Source: Selaginella moellendorffii (Eukaryota; Plantae; Lycopodiophyta). From it: a stretch of DNA of 64,000 nucleotides. The notes below the pieces were generated by a model that searched no databases, was not told the origin of the DNA, and was given only the letters and a program-made list of their open reading frames with translations. Shown piece by piece: positions 33,250 to 46,076 of this stretch. Numbering within the stretch: the first letter of the stretch is position 1; each line of letters begins with the position of its first letter. The stretch covers positions 961,898-1,025,897 of the forward strand of contig NW_003314300.1 of NCBI RefSeq assembly GCF_000143415.4, written 5' to 3'. Position numbers and translations under genes: made by a program.

Positions 33250-35117
33250 ATGAGGTGAGCCGGAAGAGCTTTCTTGGTCGAAATTTCTCGCTCTCAGAGT
33301 CCATGGATTGGATTGCAGCAGCACCAGCGTCTCCGGACGAGGCTGTCCATATTTCGACCCGGAATACGACACTCTTTCGCTAAGATTAGATCCTCCAAGG
33401 TGAAATTTCTCCTCGAGCATGCGGTCGAATTCTTTTTGGAGCTAACCTTTCCCCTCTGGCGAATTTGCGTGACTGGCAGTGTCGTGATCGATAACACAAG
33501 CTGTCCGGACGCCACGCTTATCAAGGCAACCCCCTTACCTGTCTGTCTGTGCTCGTCTTAAATACTTTTTTCTTTCCACCAGGTTGATAGCAAAAACAAG
33601 CATGGAATTCTTCTCGAGGTCGTCCAAGTTCTCACAGACCTCGACCTGGCGATTTCCAAGGCCTACATTTCTTCCGATGGTGGCTGGTTTATGGATGGTA
33701 AGAAGGACGAACCTTGCAAAGCTTTTCTATTTGCTTTAGAACGGGAGTAAAGGTAGAACTTTAACCATTCTTTCTGTCAGTCTTCCATGTGACGGATCAG
33801 CTGGGAAACAAGCTCACAGACGAGGGAATCATCGATTACATCCAGCAGGTACCCACTAAGCTCTACACTTCCAGGTACTGTGGTTGCCACTAGCATAATT
33901 TACTAACTGCAAGAGCTTGCTTGCTTGCGGATTTACATGGCAGTCGCTCGGAGCAAAGCAAGATTCCCAGACGACCGAGGTCCAAACTTGTCTCGGCCGG
34001 CGGGTCAGCTTACGGTCCAACACAGAGCAAACTGCCATCGAGCTTTGCGGGAGGGATCGCCCGGGCCTCCTCTCCGACATCTCTGGAGTCCTCAAGGACA
34101 TGATGTGCAACGTTGTGGCTGCGGAGGTGTGGACGCACAACTTGAGAGTGGCTTGCGTGGTCTACGTCACGGACGAAGTCACGGGTGGCCCCATCGAAGA
34201 CGAGAAGAAACTGGCGGTAATCAAGGCGAGGCTGTCCCAAGCTTTGCAAGGTGACGAGAGCGGAAAAGGCTCCAAGACCGATATCCCGATGGCCGTGCTC
34301 CACACCGAGAGGCGGCTCCACCAGATCATGTCCGCCGACTTTGCTGCCATCCAGCCGGAGTCGACGAACACTTTCGTGGCCGCCGCCGATAAGACCAGGC
34401 CAGCCATCTCTGTCCAGAACTGCGCCGAGAAGGGATACTCCGTCGTCAACGTCCGGTGCAATGACCGCCCAAAGCTACTCTTCGACACGGTGTGTACGTT
34501 AACCGACATGAAGTACGTCGTCTTCCATGCCGCTATCCGGTCCGAGGGATCTTTCGCCTATCAGGTACGCACATTTCCGTTTCTCTCCACGCAACTGAAA
34601 TCGCTTTCACCAGGAGTACTACATCCGCCTCATGGATGGCTGCACGCTAAAGTCGGAAGCCGAGCAGGAGTACGTCGTCAAGTGCTTGGAAGCCGCCATA
34701 GAAAGACGAACCGGCGGGGTAAGCTTTCACAATTCATTAAATCTCGGAGAAGAAGAAGAATAGCTTTGATTTTTCTTCCAGGGAATCCGGCTGGAGCTTT
34801 GCACCAAGGACAGGGTGGGCCTCCTGTCCGACGTGACTCGCATCTTTCGCGAGAACGGACTCTCGGTGACGAGAGCGGACGTGTCCACACAAGGTGACAA
34901 GGCCGTCAATGTGTTCTACGTGACGGACGCGTCCGGGAACCCGGTGGACAGGCGGATCGTGGAGGCGACGCGCAAGGAAATCGGGCAAAGCATTCTCCAG
35001 GTGAAGGATTTGACGCCTTCTTCCCCAAACTCCCAGCACGAGGTCGCGAGCAAGTCGAGGTTCTCGTTTGGGACCTTTCTCTACAGCCTCGGCCTGATAA
35101 ACTCGCAACAAGTCTAG
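33250..35117 (+). CDS. ACR: ACT domain repeat (ACR) protein, 4 ACT domains
   Basis: First coding exon is ATGAG (33250-33254), then [75 protein letters not shown]. Confidence 0.92.
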
Positions 35118-35296
35118 AGCTTGAAGCACAGCCGTTGGATGGCGAACGCCGGATGGTCATGACCGTCCGTTTGTATAACAGCCGGAGTTTGAATCACAAC
35201 CGTTGGATGGCGCCGACCGTCCGTTTGTTGGAATCACTTGGGGATATTCTTGGCTAGAGGGTTTTTATAGAACCCTAACGAGGGGGAGATTTTGCG

Positions 35297-37314
35297 ATGG
35301 CGATCCAGCATGCATTGTCCTCCCCTTGCTCGTCTGCTGTGTCTGGGAAGCGCGGATCAAGCGCCGCAGCTGGCGAGCGTCATGGATTTCGTGGATCGCA
35401 GCTCCGATTTGGCTACCGGCATCGGAAATGCGGCCGATCGCTGCAGGTTTTCTGTTGTCAGCCGGCGCCTGCAGCTGCGACGGAGATGGAAGGTGTCGCT
35501 GGCGCGCTGTGTATGTGATTTCATCTTCTTGCTTGCTTTGGATCCATTATAATCTTGGCTCTTTTGTGGGACAGTTGAGCGGCCATGGAAGACTAAAGAC
35601 ACAAGGCTTGTTCTTCAGGATGGATCAGTGTGGAATGGCAAGTCTTTTGGAGCTTCTGGAACGCAAGTCGGAGAAGTTGTTTTCAATACTGCCATGACCG
35701 GGTATGTATTTCTCTTTCCATTTTGGATCACAACCACTTTAAAGTGTTGCATGTCCTTCCCAGGTATCAGGAGATTATCACTGATCCGAGTTATGCTGGC
35801 CAGTTCGTGGTTATGACTCAACCGCACATTGGGAACACTGGCGTCAATTTTGGTCAGTTTTTCCGTTCTCAACCTTGGGTTTTAACATAAAGATGTCTGG
35901 TTTTTCTAGAGGACGAGGAATCCAGTAAGTGCCATCTTTGTGGTCTAATTGTTCGAAGCTTAAGTGACCGGTAAGTACGCTAACCTTTAGAAAATACTCA
36001 TTTTTCTTTTTGGTTTTGTTCTTCTTTCTTCTGTGTCTAGCGTTTCAAACTGGAGGGCTACTCAGACACTGGCAGAATATTTACAAAAGAGGAACATCAT
36101 GGGCATATGTAAGGCGAGAGTCTGTTTTGTTTTTTTTTTTTTCATTTTGTAATGTCGTTATTGCAGCCTATCTGGACACCCGAGCTATCACCAGAAGATT
36201 GAGAAATGATGGAAGTTTGAATGGGGTCCTCAGCACTGATGCAACAAAAACGGATGAAGAGCTCTTACATATAGCTCAAAACTGGACCATTGTTGGTAAG
36301 AGGAATCTTGGATGACACAAATCATTCCTTTTTTTTTCTGACTTCTCGTAAGTTTCTCTTCAGGGAAGGATTTGATCTCAGGTGTAAGCTGTACACGGCC
36401 TNNNNNNNNNNNNNNNNNNNNNNNNNNNNNNNNNNNNNNNNNNNNNNNNNNNNNNNNNNNNNNNNNNNNNNNNNNNNNNNNNNNNNNNNNNNNNNNNNNN
36501 NAAGATACTACACGCCACGAATGGGAGTTTAGCAAGGACGCGGTTGCAGCTTGTGACAAGCTACAGGTAGCTCACTGATTTGTTTGTCTTACTTCAGAAA
36601 ACATGTGTACCTCTATGGCAGGTTGTGGCTTATGATTTTGGTGTCAAGCATAACATATTGCAGCGCTTGGCTTCTTATGGCTGCAACATCACGGTGGTGC
36701 CGTCAAACTGGCCGGTCTCGGAAGTGATGAAGTTAAAACCAGATGGCATTCTTTTCAGCAATGGACCCGGTGATCCATCTGCGGTACCATATGCCGTCGA
36801 AACGGTGAAGGAGCTGCTGGGACAGGTTCCAGTGTTTGGCATTTGCATGGGGCATCAACTCCTGGGACAAGCACTGGGTGGAAAAACGTTCAAGATGAAG
36901 TTTGGCCATCACGGTGGTAACCATCCTGTTCGCCATCTTCCTACGGGACGTGTTGAGATTAGCTCCCAGGTACGAATTACCACAGCTATTCACTGGTCAC
37001 TAAGCTAATGCTTGATAATTTCTTTTTCCTCTTTAGAATCACAATTACGCTGTGGATATTGCGACTTTGCCGGAGGGAGTGGAGGTCACTCACGTCAACT
37101 TGAACGACGGAACTTGTGCCGGGTTAACGTACCCGGCCATGAAGGTGATGGGCATACAATACCACCCGGAGTCGTCTCCAGGCCCGCATGACGCTGATCC
37201 AGGTAAGGCTGCAAATCTCTCAATCAATCAAACGTCTCGCTAACCTTTGTTTTGTTGATGACAGCGTTTTTTGAGTTTGTTCAAATGATGATACAAAACC
37301 GGCTGCTGCAATGA
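35297..37314 (+). CDS. carA: Plastid carbamoyl-phosphate synthase small (glutaminase) subunit
   Basis: [39 protein letters not shown] (catalytic Cys), [14 protein letters not shown]; transit peptide; N gap inside. Confidence 0.95.
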
Positions 37315-38676
37315 CAAGATTTTGATTGAAGGAAACCCGTGATCGTTTCTTTCAGCCCGGAGTAAATAATACCATGGTTTTTGGGGGGTCATGGACCGAA
37401 ATTGTGATTGCCCGTCTCACTCCGGAAGGAACCATTTGGAAATAAATGGCTAAGGTTTTGTGTGACCGTTGGATTGGATTTTGATTGCCACCGCTCCAGC
37501 GATTTGAGATTCCTACAATCTAGCCGAAGGATGGAGAGAAAATTTTTTAAATGACGATAAAATCGTATATGGCGACCGTGGAAATGATTGGAACTTCATG
37601 GTGATACCAACAACTTTGGTGCCGTGGGGATATTCCAAATCTGGTAAAATGGGCAACATTTCGCCAGTGTAAACGAGCCTCCAGCTTAAGGACTCATGTC
37701 CTTGGGCACGTTATCAATCATAATAATTAAATGCGAGGCTGGCATGGCCACAATAAAATCGTGTAATTGGCAGTTTCGGCGCTTCGGCCTGGGGACGGTG
37801 TCTTTCTTTACTGTCCGGCGTCCGGCGCAGTAAAAGCCATATTTTTACTCCGCGATAAGGACCGAGGAAACGGAAGAACGCCGCCGATCCACACCGATTT
37901 TCACACTATGCGCGGGTCAACGTCAAATCCGTTTTTACCGGGCTTCGCGCCATTTTCTCTGACGTGGCTTTTGTATGTCCGTACGTGCCATGTAGGATGG
38001 TATGAATTGTATGTATGAAATTGCTGCAGCTCTTCCTGGTAATCTAGGTAATAGGAGAGTACAGTCGCCGAACACAATACTTCATCGTAGGTTGTACAAT
38101 ATTCCATCGCGCCCCACATATCCTTGTACAAGAAGCGTACGGACGTGTACTTGCATCCACCACCTTATATTTCTTAATGGTTGATAGGCATTTCCAAGAG
38201 TGGTTGTTTGTTTCAAAAGATGAACCACCACTAATTAGCTATGATTCATTGAACATAGTTTTACGTTTTTACCTTTTTCTGCACTCAAATTTTTAAAATA
38301 ACGTGATGGAATTTTTGGGAATAAATCTTGGGATGGAGAAAATCTAGTTGTCAGGAAATAATTCACAATCATCACAGGCTAATATTTATGAGGTTTCAGG
38401 GCAGAACCAGCCAGAGCAGAGATTCTTAACTGGTATTTCCCCTCCATTTTCCACATTTGACCCTGTTGCTGCCACTGCTGCCAGTGGCACCAGAGAGCTA
38501 ATGGTGAAAAGCCTCAAAATCCTGATTTTCTTACCACCTCAACCATGGTAAAATTGGAAGGGATGTCAACATTCCAGTGATGGATGCAATGCAATTGATT
38601 AGCAAGAAAAAGCAGGCCTAGATAAAACCTGTGTGCCTCATATGTAGTATATGATGTGCATACATTGTTCACCAAG

Positions 38677-38764
38677 TCAGCACCCTGTGTTGTGTGGCTG
38701 TGGGGATCCCAGAGGTGTGTTGTCATTGGAAGCTTTGGATTCTTGCAAGAAAGGATAGTGCAAT

Positions 38765-38802
<38 letters not shown>

Positions 38803-40149
38803 CTGTTGCTGTTGCTGTTGATGATGAACCAAAGCTGGTGATGGCGGCAATTGGTGCTGCTGGATTTGAGCCTGGGACCTGGAAGACGAGGAGCAATGCC
38901 CGCCAAACCCAGCGCCATATGATCGCAGTTGTCCTTGCTGCGCAGCGCTGTAGATCATGTTGGAGACATGACTCATGGACGACTGCTGCCTCTGGAGCAT
39001 GAACTGGTGCTGGCAATTCTGGTCTGGCTGCTCCGGGAAGTAGCAGAATTCCTCCTTGATAGCGGGAACTTGGGCGGCGGCGGCGGCGCTCGCGACTACG
39101 GAGCTGGGGAAGAGGTTACTGAGATGCGGATGGAGCGAAGACACCACGCAGTCCCTGCTGCCACTGCTGCTGCTGTCGAGAAATCCCCCGAATTGATTGC
39201 TGGCGGCATTGCCACCGAAGAGGATCGAGGACGTGTTGATGCGAGGAGGAGCCGCCGCTCCCTCGCTGGAAGCCGGGGACACGTATGGCGAGGGCGACGA
39301 GAGGTTGGAGCCGTGATGGACCGCTCCAATTCCAATGTGGCGCGGCGAGGCGGTGGTGGAGCAATCCCCGGCCCGGCCAGCGTCCGCCGCTGCTAGATCC
39401 GCCAGCAGCCTCGTGTATCCCGCCGCTGCCCCTACACTCGAGCCCATGAGGTTGCTAAGACTGTTGTTGGGTCCTGCCGAAAGTAGCCCGCCAATGCTGC
39501 TGGTGGTGACGGTGGTGGTGGCGGTGGCTCCACCCTGGCCTCCGCCGCCAGTGGTGGTGGTCGTCGTCGCCGTCGCTGTGAGAGAGCTCGGCCTTCCGGA
39601 AGAACAAGCGCCATTGTTGCCCACAATGCCGGCTAGTCCGCCGCTGCCCGAGGCAGCGCCACCGAGGCTCGTCGCAGCTCCTGATTGCCCGGCTTGTGAT
39701 TGCTGCAGGAAAAAAGCAAGTGTTAGAAGGGGAAAAAAAAAAAAAAAAAACGCCCAGACAAATCCGCTCTAGAACTCTTCACGAGGAATAAACAAAGAGT
39801 ACAAAAGCAAGCACAGAAAAAAATCCGGAAGGACGAGTACGAATGCTCACGGCCTGGAGAAACTAAACAGGAAGAACAACAGAGAAGATGGAAGAACACA
39901 TTGGATCCATCCAGCATTGGATCGATGCGATGAGAGACTGACCTGGGATCTATAGGTTGTGCCGTCGGGCTCCACGATCCATCCCGCCTCCGTGGCCAAA
40001 GCTCGCAAGACGTCGTTGATGTCGGCCCTGGGCGGGAGATTGTAGCCGCCGTGCTTCCTCAGCCCCGAGTAAATCTTGGACGTGATCGCTCTCCTGTGCC
40101 GCTCCCTCAGCTTCGTCTTCTCCTTCTCCTTCTCGCTGAGCTTCACCAT
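38677..40149 (-). CDS. BZR/BES-family transcription factor, non-canonical type, with polyQ C-terminus (3' end uncertain)
   Basis: Exon 1 [61 protein letters not shown]; exon 2 low complexity with SPYVSPASS and polyQ. Confidence 0.85.
38760..38822 (-). repeat. CAG/CAA trinucleotide tract (about 19 Gln)
   Basis: Visible (TGC/TGT)n on the + strand. Confidence 0.9.
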
Positions 40150-42859
40150 TAGAAGAGAAAGCCGATGGATCGATCGTCACGGCGCGGGGGAGAGAGATGG
40201 AAATATTGGCGGAGATGGAGAGGGAGGATCGATATTTCGAATCGATGATCAGCTATCCGATCCACAGCCACTGCGGCAGCATTCTTGGATCGCCGCGCTG
40301 CTGCATTGGCGCCGCTGCCGCCGCTGCTCTGCCCGATCTTCCAGCCGCTTGCGCCACCGCTGCAAAGAACACGAACGCCACGGCGATTCCTTGGCCTCCA
40401 TTCCCTTGCCCGAGCTCCAGAGACTACTGCCTAGCTCCAACTTTCGATCGATCCCTTGGCAGCGAATCGCGCCGCCACTCCACTCTCTCTCTCTCTCTCG
40501 CTCTTTCTTCTTTCCTACACCTAAAATCTAATCCTCAGAAGCCTCCAAGCGGACAACCACCTCCCAGGGTAGGAAAAAAAACACAGCGCCGCGACGGACG
40601 GCTAGGATGAGTCGTTACACGAATATTCTGCGCACCGGAATCCGATAGGCAATTATTTTTCCTGGGAATGCGAGTTTGAAATAAAATCTTTATTCTTAAC
40701 GTTAAAACGGACGGACGGATTGGACGGACGGGTAGCCACCGGTTTTTACCGGACGATGCCGGTCATTGGTCACTGACAGCTGGCGGCGCTAGGAAACGCC
40801 TGTGTACATGATGCCAAGGACGCGGGGTAAGTAGCTTAACTGTAGTCTACTGCGAGATCTTAAGGGATATAGGCACAAATTCTATTTCTCAAGTAAGAAA
40901 TGGGAATTAGCTAAATATTAAAAATGATAGCAACTTTGGGATTTTGTTTTTTAAAAGGGTTGGTGTAATCAATTAGCAGTAAATCCTCTATTCTAATCCT
41001 CTATTAATCCTCTATTCTAAGTCTTCATAGAGGACTAATGTTTACTGCTAATTGATTACATTACGATACTGAATATATAGTTATTGAGGTATGATTTTTG
41101 GGTTTTTACTTTTACAAAAAAGGGTTGGTAATGTTTTAATATTAGTGTCCCATAAGATCTGGCGAGGATTAATTTTTACTGCAGATTGATTACGTTCGTC
41201 CCCCATGAGATCGATGAAATTGTTGGTGGAGATTAAATTTCACTACCAATTGATTTAAGGTATTTGCTTTGACAGCTATCTTCATTGTATGAAATTTGGC
41301 AATTAACATATTAGATTTGGCCTTATCCTTGGAGAATTTAGAATGAAGGATCATATCTTCATTTTTACAGCTAGTTCATTACATTGCACTTATAGTTGAA
41401 GATTTTTGGGATTTTAGTGATCTATGAGACCTACAAGATTTTTGGCCTTCACTTAGGTGTTGATAGAGGATTAACCAATTGATTACATTATACTTATGTT
41501 TTTTCTTATAAAAAAGAGTTGACATGTGCTAAGTTAACTTATTTTTTATAACAATAAATACATTTTACTGCCAATTGATTACATTTCACTCCTTTTAGCA
41601 TTTGAGGCATGATTTAGAATAATTTCCTTTTAAATTTTAAAATTATTGATGATGTGCATACTTTTACTTTAATTGACCCATTACAACTACATGTATACAA
41701 GTTGCTTTATTCAATTTGTTTTTAAAAATCTGAATTTATTTATAATAAAAACATTATTAGTGGTGTTATATGGAGTCTTGTTTTATTGTCACCCCTAAAG
41801 TTTTTAGAATAATGTAATGCTATTAAACTATATGTTTGGTGCTACTCAAAATTCTACATCACTTAAGATACTCCTGATTTCTAGCTATAAAAAACCTAAT
41901 CAATAAATAAAAAAACTAAAATATTTTAAATTATTCAATTCAATACTTTTGATGCTAATAATGAGTAATCAAGCAAAAATAAATGGGTTTGAGCAAACAC
42001 TCAAATCCATTTTGAGTGTTTGAGCAATCTTTAACCTCCTTAATTTGAATTTCCTATTAAGTGAAGGTAGTGAACAATCAATTTAGCAAAATCTAAAATC
42101 CTTAATTTAAACTTCCCAAAACATCATCCCAATGACAATTAATTTCATCAAGACCCTTAACCAAGAGGAAAGAGATGTGCACTTTTGTTTATATGTCATT
42201 TCATTGTATCAATAGATTGTCTATGATACCATTTTCTTTAGTTCTTTACAATTTACAAAAATGAAAATTAATTTTTTAAGTAGTCATATAAACCCATGTC
42301 ATTTGTTTCGATACCACATGTATAATAATAACTTTTTCTTAAATCTAATTATTATATAAGTTTTATGCTCTATTCAACTTCAAAATAACTATAATAAAAG
42401 TTTTCTCATAGTAGAACATATCCAGTAAAAACATTTGATACATATTTTTAAATGTTTCATAATTATATCTAAAAATAATATAAATTAATAAAAATTTAAA
42501 ATATATTCATAAAAATTAATATAAACTTTTATAATTATCATAATTACCATAATCACTATAGTAGGAATTTAAAGAAACTATGGATATATTCCATAGAAAT
42601 TCTAATTCTAGAATGTAATTCCTCTTTAATTTAGAGATTATTAATATTGTTTATAGTTTCTTTTGAATCTTAATCTTAATCTTAATTAAATGTTTTATTT
42701 CAAGCTTCAAAGATTTGGGAAGATTTTGTGAAGATATAATATAAGTATTTAGTGAAGTTGCATAGGTTAAAATTACATTAATTTCTAAGTATTGATATGT
42801 TTTATAAAAACTAATGTTGAGATATTTTTGATTGCTTGCTTTCAACAATTGTGGTTGTG

Positions 42860-43180
42860 CATTTTAATTTTTGCAAACTATAATATCATGCTTGAGTAAC
42901 AAGTATTACACAAATGAGATGTCCTTAGTATAAAATAATTTGTAAAATTGAACATAAATTTTAATATAAAATGGAGTATGATAAGGAATTTATAATAATA
43001 ATAAATTGTTTTGATTAAACTGATGTTTTTGATTGGGTTGTGCATTTAAATTTGTGTAGATTATAATATCATGCTTGAGTAACAAATATTGCACAAGTGA
43101 GATGTATTTTTTATCAGACCATTTTAAGAAGTTGGATGTATATATTAATACAAAATAGAGTATAATAATTGTTTTGATTA
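42860..43180. repeat. Two-copy ~183-bp degenerate tandem repeat in AT-rich DNA
   Basis: TATAATATCATGCTTGAGTAACAA...GAGATGT at ~42879 and ~43062. Confidence 0.7.
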
Positions 43181-43971
43181 AACTCTTTAGAGTTCATCCT
43201 ATTGCACATCATATTGCATAAATGTTTTATATAAAAATGTATTGTATGTGATCATACAAGAAGATTTGTATAAATTATTACTATAGAACGATAAATAAGG
43301 ATAAAATAGTTACAAAAGGCTTTTTTATTAAATAATTGCCAAAAATAAAGTGTGTTACAGAATTGTTAACATGAATATACATTACATAAAACTTGACAAA
43401 ATCAGGTTTGGTGCTAAATGCATTGTTTAAACAAATATATAAGAAAAATGTTGGAAGCTGAAATTCTTCATTACTATAAGAACTCCATGATTGTTAAAGT
43501 GAAATCCATGCACAACGTTGAACTGTATCAAACTCAAGCCATAGAGATGTAACATCTATGTGGAGTTTGAGTCGCAGAAACTCAATCCAACTACCGCATT
43601 AGGTCCTCACCTCCATGGCTATTTTGCAGATCACTTTGTATATCCCTTGATTTTAAACCTTCTCTTGCTTTTGCAAAGTGGAATAATGTTGGATCCTGTT
43701 GTGCATCTTACCCTCAAAAAGCTTTTTCCATCCATCTCAAAGATGTAAATAACAACCCAGTTCAGAATTCCCCAGTAGTTTTCCCATGCTTGGGAAGGAG
43801 TCCAGACTCTGTGGCAACAGCATGGAGGAGCCCAGCAAGCTTCTTGACCTCTTTTCTACATACCAACCCTTAAATGATTACACAGAATCCATGGCTGGTT
43901 GTTGAGCAGATAAAAAAAAGGTTTGGCGGAGCCTGCATTTCACAGAAATCTTAGCATGCCATCCATCGACT

Positions 43972-45530
<1,559 letters not shown>

Positions 45531-46076
45531 TNNNNNNNNNNNNNNNNNNNNNNNNNNNNNNNNNNNNNNNNNNNNNNNNNNNNNNNNNNNNNNNNNNNNN
45601 NNNNNNNNNNNNNNNNNNNNNNNNNNNNNNNTGAAATCGATGAAGGCGTGGGCGGAGAATGCGGAGGAGGGAGCAAAGAGAGGCGCCCCAAGCCACTCCA
45701 ATGCGTGGGGGAGTATTTTAAAGACCAGATGGGCGCTTTCTTAATAAAATCCAACTGCGGGTCATGGCGCCACGTGTGCCAGTCCACTTGCGAGTGACGG
45801 AATATTACATCCGCGGCAGTCGAATATTCTCAAATTTCGCCACCTACCCAGCTATATCTTTCTTTCCAATGTATTTGTCTCGTGTATAATGACACCTACC
45901 TGGCAGGTATAAGCCATGAAACCTTCACCTTTACCTTTATCAAACGAGAAAACAATGGTTTCTTAGTATGATGAATTTTACTTGCGGGGTTAGCAGTGTC
46001 GATCAATATAAAAATGTGTAGGCACACACCAGAGATACGTACAATGAAGAATATGGATGAGAATTGACTGACCCGA

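Noticed and set aside
37970-38150. Possible miRNA-like hairpin (GTCCGTACG / CGTACGGAC)
   Set aside because: Pairing does not extend into a continuous 20+ bp stem.
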